Made by a program: the position numbers and the translations under genes. Positions 49,491 to 62,219 of a stretch of 64,000 nt of DNA are shown here, piece by piece (position 1 is the first letter of the stretch; each line of letters opens with the position of its first letter). Below the pieces are notes generated by a model that made no database searches, was not told the DNA's origin, and saw nothing but the letters and a program-made list of their open reading frames with translations. This stretch comes from Stegostoma tigrinum (lineage: Eukaryota), in assembly GCF_030684315.1 (NCBI RefSeq), contig NC_081386.1, positions 10,549,914-10,613,913 of the forward strand, written 5' to 3'.

Positions 49491-52400
49491 TAGCAAACTG
49501 TGTTTTAAAAAATTGAAGAAGGATACACCTGCATGTTAAAAATAATTTTAAAATCTTTGCTTCAGTCAACCGAGGGAATTTAACATAGGGGAGTCTCTTC
49601 ACCTTTCCTCACCTGCACACAGCATTTCATGAATATATAGTACCCTGGCTTAGACGAGACAAAGGACAATCACAACATTTGTGCAGAAGGTAATGTAAGG
49701 CGGAATATATTGTTGCATATTTGTTCACCTGAAAATCTTTGGTTTCTGACAGAACACTGTATGCATGACCTTGTGACTATGTGGCCCACTTCTGTATTGT
49801 CCCATATCTTGTAAAGTACTATGCAGGTTTGCCAAGTTTTCATAAAACTTTTGAGATAGCCCATGAAAGATTGGCATCCTCAAGGTGATGATAATGTTTC
49901 ATTTCTTTAGCCTTGCTTTGTCATTTTATGAATCTGCCCACCCTCCATTCTCCAAAAATGTTTAAGACGTGATACAAGAAACACTGTCTGTGGCAGCACA
50001 GTGCATTTTGCCAGTGTTTCCTGTAGGGAGCCAACTACTGTTACATTGATAATGCTAACAGCCAAACATGTCAAAAGCCCACTAGTGCCCTCCAAGGCGC
50101 CGTTTCCCAATCTGGTTTACAAGAGGTTGCAGTACCATATTATATGGTTGACTCTTAATACTCTTCAGTGATTGGCCATAAATACTGCCTCACCCAAAAG
50201 CCAAGATGAGATGAAAATATCATTTCTTTTAGCTAATTGTTCTTTTCTTTACAAATCAAAAAGTGGAGGTGGCGGGGGGGGGGGCTCTTATGGCACATTG
50301 GCTGTATTCCTGCCTCTGGGCTGAGGGACCTGGATTCAAGTCCCACTTGCTCCAGCAGTGTGTAATAATGTCTCTGAACAAGTTGGTTAGGGGAAAAAAG
50401 AGGTTAAACTGAAAAAAAATGAAAATGAAGAACAGATTGAGCTGTTTGCATTATGTTCTTCCCTTTCATAGATATCTTGAATCATCTACGGCTGTATGAA
50501 CGAAATAAAAGGCAAGCAAAAAAAAACTTCAAATCCTCTTCTTGAGCTACACACGAGGAAACAAGCCCAAATCAGAACACTGCTAAAAATTCTGTGGCAG
50601 AGATTACTAGCATCCAGTCATGTCGTTCCAACTACTAACCTTCTGTACCTTAATCATCTGAGGCTGCTCATGTACCGAAAAATCATAAATATCATTTAAA
50701 AAATCCAACTGCCCTCCCCAACGTTGCTGTTCAACTAATTCAGTATGAGCCCAGTTGCCAGGTAACAGAATGTTCTGTCCCTTCAAAGGGCTGCTCATTA
50801 TGATTCTTCTTTGAAACTTTCATTTGCACACTGATCTCAGCAATTTACAAGTCCTGCTCGATCAACTTCTGATATTGTTTGACAAGAAGTGAACCAAGGA
50901 TTCCTCTATGTTGGCAGATTGGCAACAGCAATAGATTTGTGCCATGTAGGTCATTTCTTAGAAAGTGGGACAAGGCAATTCAGTACAGTGACACAGCCTA
51001 ATTCCACATTAGCAGTGACCACACTAATAAGAAAATGAACACCTTCATTTAGAAAATAAAATACATACTGTAATTTTATAAAATTATTTTATAATTGTCC
51101 ATTGCAGAGAGGCTTAGTAACTTTAAGTTACCTCATTAACAATTTTTGAAACAAAGTGCAGTGGTGGAAGAGATATGAAATTATTTCTAAATTGGAGGCT
51201 ATCAGATCAGGAGATATCATGGACAGAGTTCCTTCCATGTAGTGTGTAAGGCAGCACACATTTCTGTCAGTTAATGGGCATCTGAGAAGGATAATTTATT
51301 CTGGAGAATGATAGTGAGCAAAGAATATTGGGGTTTCAAAAGAAAACGAGTATGAGCTTTAGTCTTTTGTATGTTTGTAAATGAACTATAATTAAAGTTG
51401 GCATGCCTGAATTCTAGTTGTGTAAGCCACATTAAACAATAATTCTCACAATTCGTGGAGCGATCTCCTCATATTGACCTCATTCAACTACTTAAACGTT
51501 TCAGCAAAAGTAGAGCACATTGATGCTGCTGGAGGTTAAATCACAATATAGTGCTTCGGTGTCCTAGCAACCACTTATTAAAGAAAGAGAGATTATTGCC
51601 GAAGGTTAAAAAAGTACTTCCATATTGTTTAGTACCTCCACACATTTCCCATTAAAATCTAATCAACTCTAGAGTCCAAGAGATTCTGTTTGCAGCATTC
51701 ATTCCATGTTCAAATAAATATTGCAAAACTACACAGGCATTCACAAGTTAACGTAGATAAATGTAGATTATTTCGCAGCCAGAATTCTAAACACCCACAT
51801 TTGCATAAACCCAAATTGTTTGAATAAAGTAAACTGCAAAGTCATTTGTACTATTAATCCTATTGCACCAATCATCAATTAGTGAATTAACTAATTTATT
51901 ATATTCATCATTTTGCATAATACCATAAAAGTACAGGAAGTTTTCTTATCCAATGTCTTGTTTCCTGCCCTGTACAAATCCCAACTCAAATTTTGCATGT
52001 ATGTACATGAATTAATTACTTGGGGAGAGTTGTTAGTAAGACTTCCTCCTGTCTTGGCAGTACCTCTTTCTTTGTGGATTACCACTGAGGCTGAAGAATC
52101 CCATCCACCCTTTACGATGGGGTATTGTCTGGAGTGGGGTCAAAAACTCAATCCTTCTGACTCAGAGTTAGGAATATCTTGCAAAGAATCAGTGCTCACA
52201 GTGCCCAGACCTCCTTGCATCTCAACAAAGCACCTAGAAATCATGGATAGAAACTTGCCTGAGGCATCAGAGGTCTCATGAGATAGCAGGAGACCCAGGC
52301 AGAGGCTTTTCCAGGAGACGTTTCACCAAATGACAGATTCATCAGGCATTGGCAAGACCCCCATGGGCCTAACAGAGGCCAGCAGCTTTTGGACTCCCCA

Positions 52401-52899
52401 GCGCCATGGAGAAATCCAAGGGAACTACTGAAAGAGAGGTCCCTTTCCTGGAATTCCAACTGTGTAGAGGACTCGGGACAAAATTAAATATTATATAGGG
52501 GTTGAGGGTGTTTCTTGGAATGGGTCCATGTGGCGAAAGGCGGGCATGCGGTGCATGGAGTTGGAAACAAGAATGTGAGTTGACACATATTAGGCGCCAC
52601 TGCCCTATTTTAATCTCTCAGTTACGCATTGAGTACCTTTGATGGAGGGACTAACTGCTCCCCAAAGCGACAAGTACAGATTGACCTGTTGGGCTTGGCT
52701 GTTAGTGGACTGACCCAATGGGTTATCCCAAGCGGTGGTGGGCTGAGCTGCCTCTTAGGTCATCCATAATTGACCAACTAAGGGTATCAAATGATGGCAG
52801 GCCCAGCATTTTACACCTGGTGGGTGAGATAGCAGTGGATTTGTGCATGTTATCAGCCCGCTTTCTGAAGTGTCCTCATGACCAAGCTCAACACTACAG

Positions 52900-54530
52900 A
52901 TGTTGGCAATAATCACTGGGCTGGTAATCAATAGAACACAGCTAATGTTCTGGGGACATGGGTTCAAATCCCACCTTGACAAGTGGTTAAATTCGAATTC
53001 AATTAAAAAGTAATCTGGAAATAAAAGTTAGCTTACTGATGACCATTTAACCATTGCTAATTGTCATAAAAACCCGTCTGGTTCCCTAATGTCCTTTCAG
53101 GAAGGAAATCAGCTGTACTTACCAAGTGTAGAGCTGGATGAACACAGCAGGCCAAGCAGCATCACAGGAGCAGGAAGGCTGACGTTCTGGGCCTAGACCC
53201 TTCTTCAGAAATGAGTAAGGGGAAGGGGGTTCTGAAATAAATAGGGAGAGAGGGGGAGGCGGATAGAAGGATAGAGGAGAAGCTAGGTGGAGAGAAGACA
53301 CACAGGTCAAAGAGGTGGGGATGGAGCCAGTCGAGATGAGTGTAGGTGGGGAGGTAGGTAGGAGTAGGTCAGTCCAGGGAGGACGGACAGGTCAAGGGGG
53401 TGGGTTGAGGTTAGTAGGTAGGAGATGGGGGTGGGTCTTGGGATGGGAGGGGTCGATAGGTTAGGGAGGTGGGGGCGAGCTGGGCTGGTGTTGGGATGTG
53501 GTGGGGGGAGGGGAGATTTTGAAGCTTGTGAAATCCGCATTGATACCATTGAGCTGCAGGTTTCCCAAACAGAACATGAGATGCTGCTCCTGTAACCTTG
53601 GGGTAGTATCGTTGTGGCACAGCAGGAAGCCCAGGATGGACATGTCATCTGAAGAATGGGAGGGGGAGTTGAAATGGTTCACAACTGGGAGGTGCAGTTG
53701 TTTATTGTAAACCGATCATAGGTGTTCTGCAAAGCAGTCCCCAAGCCTCTGCTTGGTTTCCCCGATGTAGAGGAGGCCACAATGGGTACAGCGGATGCAG
53801 TATACCACGTTAACAGATGTGCAGGTGAACATGTGCTTGATGTGGAAACTCTTCATGGGGCCTGGGATGGGGGTGAGGGGGGAAGTATAGAGGCAGGTGC
53901 AGCACTTCTTGTGGTTTCAGGGAAACGTGCCGGGGGTGATGGGGCTGGAGGGGTTTGTGGAGTGGACAAGGGAGTCCCAGAGAGACTGGTCCCTCTGGAA
54001 AAGCTTCAAAATCTCGCCTTCCCCTACTGCATCCAAAAACCAGCCCAGCTCGTCCCTGCCTCACTAACCTGCCCTTCCTCCCACCTATCCCCTCCTCCCA
54101 CCCTAAGCTCCACCCCCATCTCCTACCTAATAATCTTATCCCGCTCCCTTGACTTGTCCGTCCTCCTTGGACTGACCTATCTCCTCCCTACCTCCCCACC
54201 TATACTCACCTTGACTGGCTCCATCTCCACCTCTTTGACCGGTCTGCCTCCTCTCCACCTATCTTCTCCTCTATCCATTTTCTATCTGACTCCCCTTCTC
54301 TCCCTATTTATTTCAGAATCCCCTTCCCCTCCTCCATTTCTGAAGAAGGGTCTAGGCCCAAAACGTTAGCTTTCCTGCTCCTCTGATGCTGCTGTGTTCA
54401 TCCAGTTCTACACTTTGTTATCTTAGATTCTCCAGCATCTTCAGTTCCTGCTATTTCTGTACTTACTGGATTGGCCTACACACGACTTCAGACCCACAGC
54501 AATGTGCTTAACTCTCAACTACCTGATGCA
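52900..54530 (+). mobile_element. tRNA SINE (12639 family) split by a Penelope insertion
   Basis: ...gtcctttcaggaaggaaatcagctgtacttac | ... | ctgtacttactggattggcctacacacgacttcagacccacagcaatg. Confidence 0.8.
53113..54466 (-). mobile_element. Penelope-like (Neptune-type) foldback insertion with GIY-YIG and 10-bp TSD
   Basis: Minus strand FTCTSVNVVYCIRCTHCGLLYIGETKQRLGDCFAEHL; arms at about 53123-53528 and 54001-54420; TSD ctgtacttac at 53113-53122 and 54457-54466. Confidence 0.92.
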
Positions 54531-56759
54531 GTAAGTCCTGAAGGATAGCAGAGGGCTGCAGGTTTCATCTTGAGACTTTCTTAAGAGAGTTATTTGCTAC
54601 CAGGAAATGCTCCGGAACAAAATACTGGCAGTAATACCAATAAATTGAGCAAGTTTAATGTCATGTGAATGGAGGTACTCTTCAGCTATGACATACCTTA
54701 ACGCCAATCTTGTTCCATTTATCTCCTCCCCTGCCCCTCCACACCAACGACTCCCTGATTCACCAATGTTGTATTGCTTTATTAGTCAACTCAGACATTG
54801 GGTGATTATCCAGCCAGTTATAACTAGTGAAAATTAGTTTCAAAAGGTGTCATTGACCTTAAAATGGAGCTGTGAGATTCAATGTTCTGGGTGTTACCAA
54901 TCTGGGTGAGTAGAGCCCTGGGTTTATCGAAGAAGGAAACTTCTTTTAAGATGCAAATCAAGACCCTACATTTGATTCATGAACCCTCTGTGCTTGAACT
55001 CGGCTTATTGGTGGTATTGCCAAAGAGTTGAAGAGGAATGTCTACGTTAGGTTTTTAGCATGAAGAAATGTTCCCTAGGGACCTTCCCCCACTAGTTTAT
55101 GTGTTAATGACAAGATGTAGAAGAAAAGTAGGCCGCTCCCCCCCTCTCCTCAAGTCTGTTCACCATTCAATAAGATCATGTCTGGTCTGATTGTAGCATT
55201 AATTCCACTTACTTGTCTGACCCCCATAACTCTTGATGTCCTTGTCAACTTTAAATATATTCAATGACTCACCCTCTATTGCTCTCTGGAGAAGGCTAGT
55301 GGCCATCTGAAAGAATATCATACCTCTCCATTTCAGTCTTAAATCAGAGTCTTCCATTAATATTGGACTCTAGTGAATCAGGGACCTCACAATCACTGCG
55401 TTCAGTTCCTGAACCCAATTAGCATCAATCAAGTAGTGAAGCATGATTGAAGTGCAAAAATTCTGAGTTTTCAATCCTTTGGCTAATCTAAGCCTGCTCC
55501 ACTCATCTGGTATAATCACTACTCAGGAATTTTTCACATTTTCAAAGTTGCTCATTTAGAAGATAATATTAATAAGTAAACTTGATTCAGCAATAAAGGG
55601 ATAAAACTTGATTTATTTTATCTAAACTTTTACAGAGCTAAATGTTAACATCAAAACATCAAAACAAAGACCACTAGCAGCATCCAAACTGATGGGAGGA
55701 CACTTCGACTGTCTCAGCTGGTTGGAGGCCCAATCCTTTTGGATGGTCTCCAGCCTCCAGCCTCCAATAGCTGTTGCTTTGCAGCAAGCACACCATTTCA
55801 AGTCCTGAAAATAGGGGTATATCAATTTCTCCTCCACTCTCCATTTCACCAGGGACACCCCAGTAGCCCGCCCTGGAAAGGATAACATGATTTTCTGGGC
55901 TCAAGCTAAACAGTAACCATCTGACGAAACAGCATAGATTTTGGCCTTGACTTTCCTATAGGTTTGGGGAAAAGGACTTGAGAATTTTTGTAATTGAAAT
56001 GCACGCCTGATTTTTTTTTTGTTTTAATCAAGCAAGTTTTGGGTTTGCAGTAGAGTTGGCCAGCCATGTTGGATGGGGTGAGGAGTATGAGTGCAGAAGT
56101 AGAATTGTTCAAAGCCCCATCTTGCTTCTCTGGCAGAGAAGCCTAACTTAAAATCCCCAGCATGCATCCCTCAAGCTGGTCAGCCCACTACACACCATTA
56201 ATGCCTCCTGATGCCTCTTCAAATTCTACCTCCATGACCATCTCCTCACTCCCCATCCATGTAGCCTCTAATATGTGCTCTCAGGTGTCAAGAAACTGTG
56301 ATGGGAATAGTTTTTACTACATAAAACTATGGCAATGTAATAAAACTCATTCAAAGGTCTTGTTTTGATACAGTGCACAGAATTGTTTATGCTTTACAAG
56401 AAGGATAATGCTTTAAGTGTTAGTTAAGTTGTGTAAATAAATCAATGTAATCACATCTAAGGCAGATGATGTTGTTCCAGACTCATTAACCTGCCAATCA
56501 TTCCCCTAAATAGCCATGTCACTGGAACTTAAACCCCTCACTTTTAGGAACTCAGCCAAACATTCATAATAACCACAGCTCTTAAAACATTCTTGCCATA
56601 AAAGGAATTTGAAATTGAAACAGTAGATGGCATCCTCTCCAAATCAAAGCAAATTACATCAAAGAGGGATGATTTCAGTTTTATTTTATCTTTTGAAAAC
56701 AAAGAACTTCTTTGTTGCATAGTCAGAACTGTCTGTTCATTCAAATCCCAGTGCTAAGC

Positions 56760-56960
56760 ATTATGGGAAGGTTTATCAACCATTTTTTGTGCATTTCTTC
56801 ATGCTGCATTTGACACTTCTGTCAACAGAAAAATGTACTGCCATGCATGTCAGCATTTATATCATTTATCACATTTATTTATTAGCATTTATCACATGGC
56901 AGTTCATGTAATGGTCAACTTTGAATAATGAAGAATTGCATTAAATAGATGCTTATGAAA
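56760..56960. promoter_or_regulatory. Candidate Pbx-Hox/Meis enhancer module
   Basis: CATTTAT x4 (56854, 56863, 56872, 56886), two of them forming TGATAAAT on the minus strand; TGACA/TGTCA at 56811, 56820 and 56848. Confidence 0.4.
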
Positions 56961-57171
56961 CAGTCACGATACAGTGTCTAATATAACAACTGAAGATGTC
57001 AGATTATTTTACACTTAGTTTCCACAATGTTCCGCTCTCCCCAGCAGCACCCCCTGTAGTTCTATTCTCTCTTAGGGTCTGTTATTAGAGCTTACTGAAA
57101 CTGCATGAGCACTTGAAAACAGTATGGAAGACAATTCTCCTCACAATAAGAACCTTGACCTCAAAAGAGGT

Positions 57172-57372
57172 AGAGATAACACAGTGTAGAGCTGGAGGAA
57201 CACAGCATGCCAAGCAACATCAGAGGAGCAGGAAAGTTGACGTTTTGGGGCAGGACCTTTCTTCAGAAATGAACTCTGACCTGAAACATCAACTTCCCTG
57301 CTCATCTGATGCTGCCTGGCCTGTTGTGTCCCCCCAGCTCCATACTGTGTTATCTCTGACTCCAGCATCAGA
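57172..57372. mobile_element. Penelope-derived foldback mini-element
   Basis: agagataacacagtgtagagctgg ... ccagctccatactgtgttatctct; degenerate hammerhead motif at about 57238-57268 (-). Confidence 0.8.
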
Positions 57373-58051
57373 AGGTGTTCATGTCTCCCAGAAAAGATAG
57401 GTGTGCTTTTTGTGCCCAAGGCCTTCCTAAGTTTTGTAAAAGACACATGAAAATGGCACAGGGTCAGGAAGGCAGCAAGAAATTGATTTTCCTGCCATAG
57501 AACAAATTGTGTCCTGCCTTTTGCAAGCTGATTCTCACAGAGACACACATTTGGCTCTTTGTTTTACTTCAATCAGTTATTTTGAAATGATGAAGTTTTA
57601 CACCATTAACATTCAGTGGAAGTAACAATGGGGGGACAGGGTTGGGGTGTGGTGGTGGGAAGTCTGTTTCTCTCCGAGTGTCAGAGTTAGTGGGCTTAAG
57701 TCTCGCAAGACTGAATGCAGAAATCAAGGCTGGCACTCAGTCAGGGAGTGCACAACTGTTGGCAGTGTCATCTTTCAGATGAGAACTGAAAGCAAGGCCC
57801 AGCCACCCCCTCAGGCTGGTAGAGTTTGTGTTTAATTTATTGTTGCTACAGGCAAGAGACCTATCAGGTAAGGTGGATGAACTCAGGGCATGGTTGGGAA
57901 CATGAGACTGGGGTATCATAGCAATTACAGAGATGTGGCTCAGGGAGGGACAGGACTGGCAGTTTAATGTTCCAGGGCATAGATGTTGAAGGAAGGATAA
58001 AAAGGGCCGCAAGAGAGGAGGGCGAGTGGTGTTTTTGATTAGGGATAACAT

Positions 58052-58214
58052 AAGTAGACTCGACAACTTTAAGGGCATTTAAATAGTTTTTGGATAAACA
58101 TATGGATGGTAACGGAGTGGTGTAGGTTGGATGGGCTTCAGATTGGTTTCACAGGTTGGAGCAATTTCGAGGGCTGAAGGGCCTGGACTGCGCTGTAATG
58201 TTCTATGTTCTATG
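58052..58214 (+). mobile_element. CR1 3' end nested in the long CR1
   Basis: Interrupts gggataacat|tacggctgtac; ends gagggctgaagggcc..gttctatgttctatg. Confidence 0.85.
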
Positions 58215-59316
58215 TACGGCTGTACTTAAGGAGGATGTTCCTGGGAATATGTCTCGGGAAGTTATTTGGGTGGAAAAGAGAAAGAAGAAAGGAATGACCA
58301 CCTTATTGAGAATGTACTATAGATCACCCAATCGTTAGTGGGAAACTGAGAAACAAATTTGTAACGAAATCTCAGTTGTCAGTAAGAATAGTAGGGTGGT
58401 TATGACAGGGGATTTTAAATTTCCAAAGACTGGGATTGCTGTAATGTTAAGGACATGGATAGACAAGAATTTGTTAAGTGTGTACAAGAAAATTTATTGA
58501 TTCAGTATGTGGATATATCAACTATTGAAGGTGCAAAACATGACGTACTGTTGGGAAATAAGCAGGGCAGGTGACTGAAGTCAATGGGGGAGCACTTTGG
58601 GGCCAGTGACCATAATTCTATTAGTTTTAAAATAGTAATGGAAAACGATAGATTGGATCTAAAAGTTAAAGTTCTAAATCAGAGGAAGGCCAATTTTGAC
58701 AGCATTAGATAAGAACTTTCAAAAGTTGATTGGTGGCAGATGTTCGCAGGTAAAGGGATGGCTGGAAAATGGGAAGCCTTCAAAAATTAGATAATGAGAG
58801 TCCAGAGACAGTGTGTTAGGGTGAAGGACAAGGCTGGTAGGTTCAGGAAATGCTGGATGACTATAGAAATTGAAGTGTTGGTTAAGAATAAGAAGGAAGC
58901 ATATGTCAGGTATAGATAGCAGAGATCGAGTGAACTCTTCTAAGAGTATAAAAACAGTAGGAGTATACTTAAGAGGGAAATCAGGAGGGCAAAAAGGGGA
59001 TATGAGATAGCTTTAGCAAATAGGATGAAGGAGAATCCAAAGGCTTTCTGCTAATACATTAAAGACAAAAGGATAACAAGAGGCAGAATGGGGCCCCTTA
59101 AAGATCAGTAAGGCTGCCCATGTGTGGAATGGCAGGAGGTGGGGGAACATACTAAACAGGCGTTTTGCATCAGTGTTGACGGTGGAGAAGCATACGGAAG
59201 ATAAAGAACATGGGGCAGTAAATAGCGACATCTTGAAAAATGTCCACAATGCAGATGAGGAGGTGTTGGATGCCTTAAAGCACATAAAAGTGGATAAATC
59301 CCCAGGACCTGATCAG

Positions 59317-59859
59317 CATGATTGCGTATAGTTCTGGTCACTGCATTATAAGAAGGATGTGGAAGCTTTGGAAAGGGTGCAGAGGAGATTTACCAGGATG
59401 TTGTCTGGTATGGAGGGAAGGTCTTACGAGGAAAGGCTGAGGGACTTGAGGCTGTTTTCATTAGAGAGAAGAAGGTTGAGAGGTGACTTCATTGAAACAT
59501 ATAAAATAATCAGAGGGTTAGATAGGGTGGATAGGGAAAGCCTTTTTCCTAGGATGGTGACGGCGAGCACGAGGGGGCATAGTTTTAAATAGAGGGGTGA
59601 AAGATATAGGACAGATGTCAGAGGCAGTTTCTTTACTCAGAGAGTAGTAAGGGAATGGAACGCTTTGCCTGCAACGGTAGTAGATTCGCCAACTTTAGGT
59701 ACATTTAAGGCGTCATTGGATAAGCATATGGACGTACATGGAATAGTGTGGGTTAGATGGGCTTGAGATTGGTATGACAGGTCGGCACAACATCGAGGGC
59801 TGAAGGGCCTGTACTGTGCTATAATGTTCTATGTCCTATGTTCTATGTTCTATCTTCTA
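59317..59859 (+). mobile_element. Younger CR1 3' fragment nested in the long CR1
   Basis: ORF 59359..59592 LERVQRRFTRMLSGMEGRSYEERL; (gttctat)n tail; interrupts cctgatcag|..tgccctagaactctgtgg. Confidence 0.9.
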
Positions 59860-61456
59860 GCTGTGCCCTAGAACTCTGTGGGGAGCGAGGGAAGTGATTG
59901 CTGAGCCCCTTGATGAGATATTTGTACCATTGATAGCCGCAAGTGAGGTGCTGGAAGACTGTAGTTTGGTTAATATTGTACCACTACTTAAGAATGGTGT
60001 TTCAAGAAAAGCCAGGGAAATATAGACCAGCAAGCCTGACATTGGTGGTGGGCAAGTTGCTGGAGGGAATCCTGAGAGACAGGATCTACATGCATTTGGA
60101 AAGGCAAGGACTGATTAGGGTTATTCAACATTACTTTGTGCATGGGATATCGTATCTCACTAACTTGACTGATTTTCTTTGAAGATGTAACAAAGAGGAT
60201 TGATGAGGGCAGAGTGGTTTACGTGATCTATATGGACTTCAGAAAGGCGTTAGACAAGGCTCCCCACGCTAGCTTGGTTGGCAAGGTTAGACCATGGAGG
60301 AAAGTTAGACTACAGAGAATAGAGGGAGAACTAGCTATTTGGATCTTGAGCTGGCGGGAAGATAGAGGGTGATTGTGGGGAGTTGCTTTTCAGACTGGAA
60401 GCCAGGGCCCAGTGGTGTGCCACAAGGATTGTTGCTGGGTCCACTGCATTTAGTCATTTAGCCATGACTCATGTCATTTTTAGTCATTATAAATGATTTG
60501 GATGTGAAAACAGGAGGTATGGTTAGTAAGTTTGAAGAAGACACCAAAATTGGAGATGTATTGGACAGTGAAGAAAGTTACCGCAGGGTACAATGGGATT
60601 GTGGTGGGCCAATGGGCCCAGGAGTGGCAGATGGAGTCTAATTTAGATAAACGTAAGGTGCTTTATTTTGGAAAGACACATCAGGGCAGGACTTACACAC
60701 TTTTTAGTAAGGTCTTGGGGACTGTTGTTGAAAAAGAAACCTTGGAGTGCAAGTTCATAGTTCCTTGAAAGTGGGGTCACAGGTAGATAAGATGGTGAAG
60801 AAGGTGTTTGGTATGCTTGCCTTTATTTGTCAGTGCTTTGAGTATAAGAGTTGGGGGGCCATATTGTGGCTGTACAGGACATTGGTTAGACCCCTAATGG
60901 AGTACTGCATGCAGTTCTAACAAGTTCCTGCTATGGGAAAGACACTCTGAAACTTGAAAGGGCACCAAAAGGATTGAGAAGGAAGGTGCCAGTGTTGGAG
61001 TGTTTGAGCTGTGGGAAAGGCTGAATAGACCAGGGCTATTTTCTCAAGAGTGTCAGTGACTAAAGGGTGACATTATAGAGGTTTATAAAATCATGAGGGG
61101 CATGGAAAAATTAAATAACCAAGGTCTTTTCCCTGGAGTGGGGGGGTCCAAAAGTAGAGGGCATAGGTTTAAAGTAAGAGGGGAAAGATTTAAAAGGGAC
61201 CTCAGGGACAACTTCTTTATGCAGAGAGTGGTGTGTGTGGAGTGACCTGCCAGAAGAAGTGGTGGAGGCTGCTACAATTATAAAGGAACCTGGATGGGTA
61301 TATGAAGAGGAAGGGTTTAGAGGGAGGTGGACCAAATGCTGGCAAATAGGTCTAGATTAATTTCGGATACCTGGCTATCATGGACAAGTTTGTTCAAGAG
61401 TCTGTTTCTGTGCTGTCTATCTCCATGAATTTATGACTCTATATACTGAGGTACAG

Positions 61457-61565
61457 TGGAAGGTGATAACACAGTGTGGAACTGGAGGAGCACAACAGGC
61501 CAGGCAGCGTCAGAGGAGCAGGAAAGTTGATGTTTTGGTTTGTGACCCTTCTGCTTTGGAAGGTG
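61457..61565. mobile_element. 91-bp Penelope terminal fragment with 9-bp TSD
   Basis: TSD tggaaggtg at 61457-61465 and 61557-61565. Confidence 0.8.
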
Positions 61566-62219
61566 TTGTTTTGTGTCATACACAGGCAGATCATACTATG
61601 CAAATACATCAAGGTAGCAGAACGATGTTACAGACACAGAAAAGTTACAAAGAGAGATCATAATGAATATTTGAGAAGTCTATTCAAACATTTGATAGCA
61701 TGAGAGGAAGAAACTATTTTTGAACCTGTTTGTACATGTACTCAAACTTTTATATCTTCTGCCCAATGGAAGGGGGTATAAGAGGGTATAGCTGGGGTGG
61801 GAGGGGTCTTTGATTATGCTGGTTGCTTTCCCAATGCAGCAGGAAATAAAGATGGAGTCAATGGATGGAAGGCTGATTTGTGTGATGGACTGGGACGTGT
61901 TCATGACTTTCTGGAGTTTCTTGCGGTCTTGGGAAGAGCAGTTGCCATTCCACACTGTGATGCATCCATTCTATGGTGCATCTATAAAAATTGATCATAG
62001 TCTTTGTGGACATACTAAATTTCCTTAGGCTCCTGAGGAAGTAGAGATGCTGATGTGCCTTTTTGACCATTGCATGGATGAACTAGGACAGATTGTTGGT
62101 GATTGTAACTCCCAGGAACTTGATACTCTTGACCCTTTCCAACTCAGCACCATTGATGCAGACAGGGGCATAACCGTCACTCTGTTTCCTGACCAGCTCC
62201 TTCATTTTGTTGATATTGT

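Larger units (their letters stand above)
57847..61440 (+). mobile_element. Long decayed CR1 LINE (APE endonuclease, RT and 3' UTR)
   Basis: GKVDELRAWLGT*DWGIIAITEMWL, YYRSPN, KVDKSPGPD, KPGKYRPASLTLVVGKLLEGILRDRIY, and a 3' tail. Confidence 0.95.

Noticed and set aside
49613-49650. 36-nt minus-strand micro-exon that, joined to 48667, would form a CxxxCxxC radical-SAM-like motif
   Set aside because: Depends on two unverified splices, and the downstream sequence does not resemble any radical SAM enzyme I know; likely coincidence.
51071-51086. Perfect 16-bp AT palindrome TAATTTTATAAAATTA
   Set aside because: Low complexity in AT-rich DNA; not distinguishable from chance.
57043-57062. CTCF-like gcagcaccccctgtag
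   Set aside because: Several mismatches in the conserved half of the core; too weak without ChIP data.
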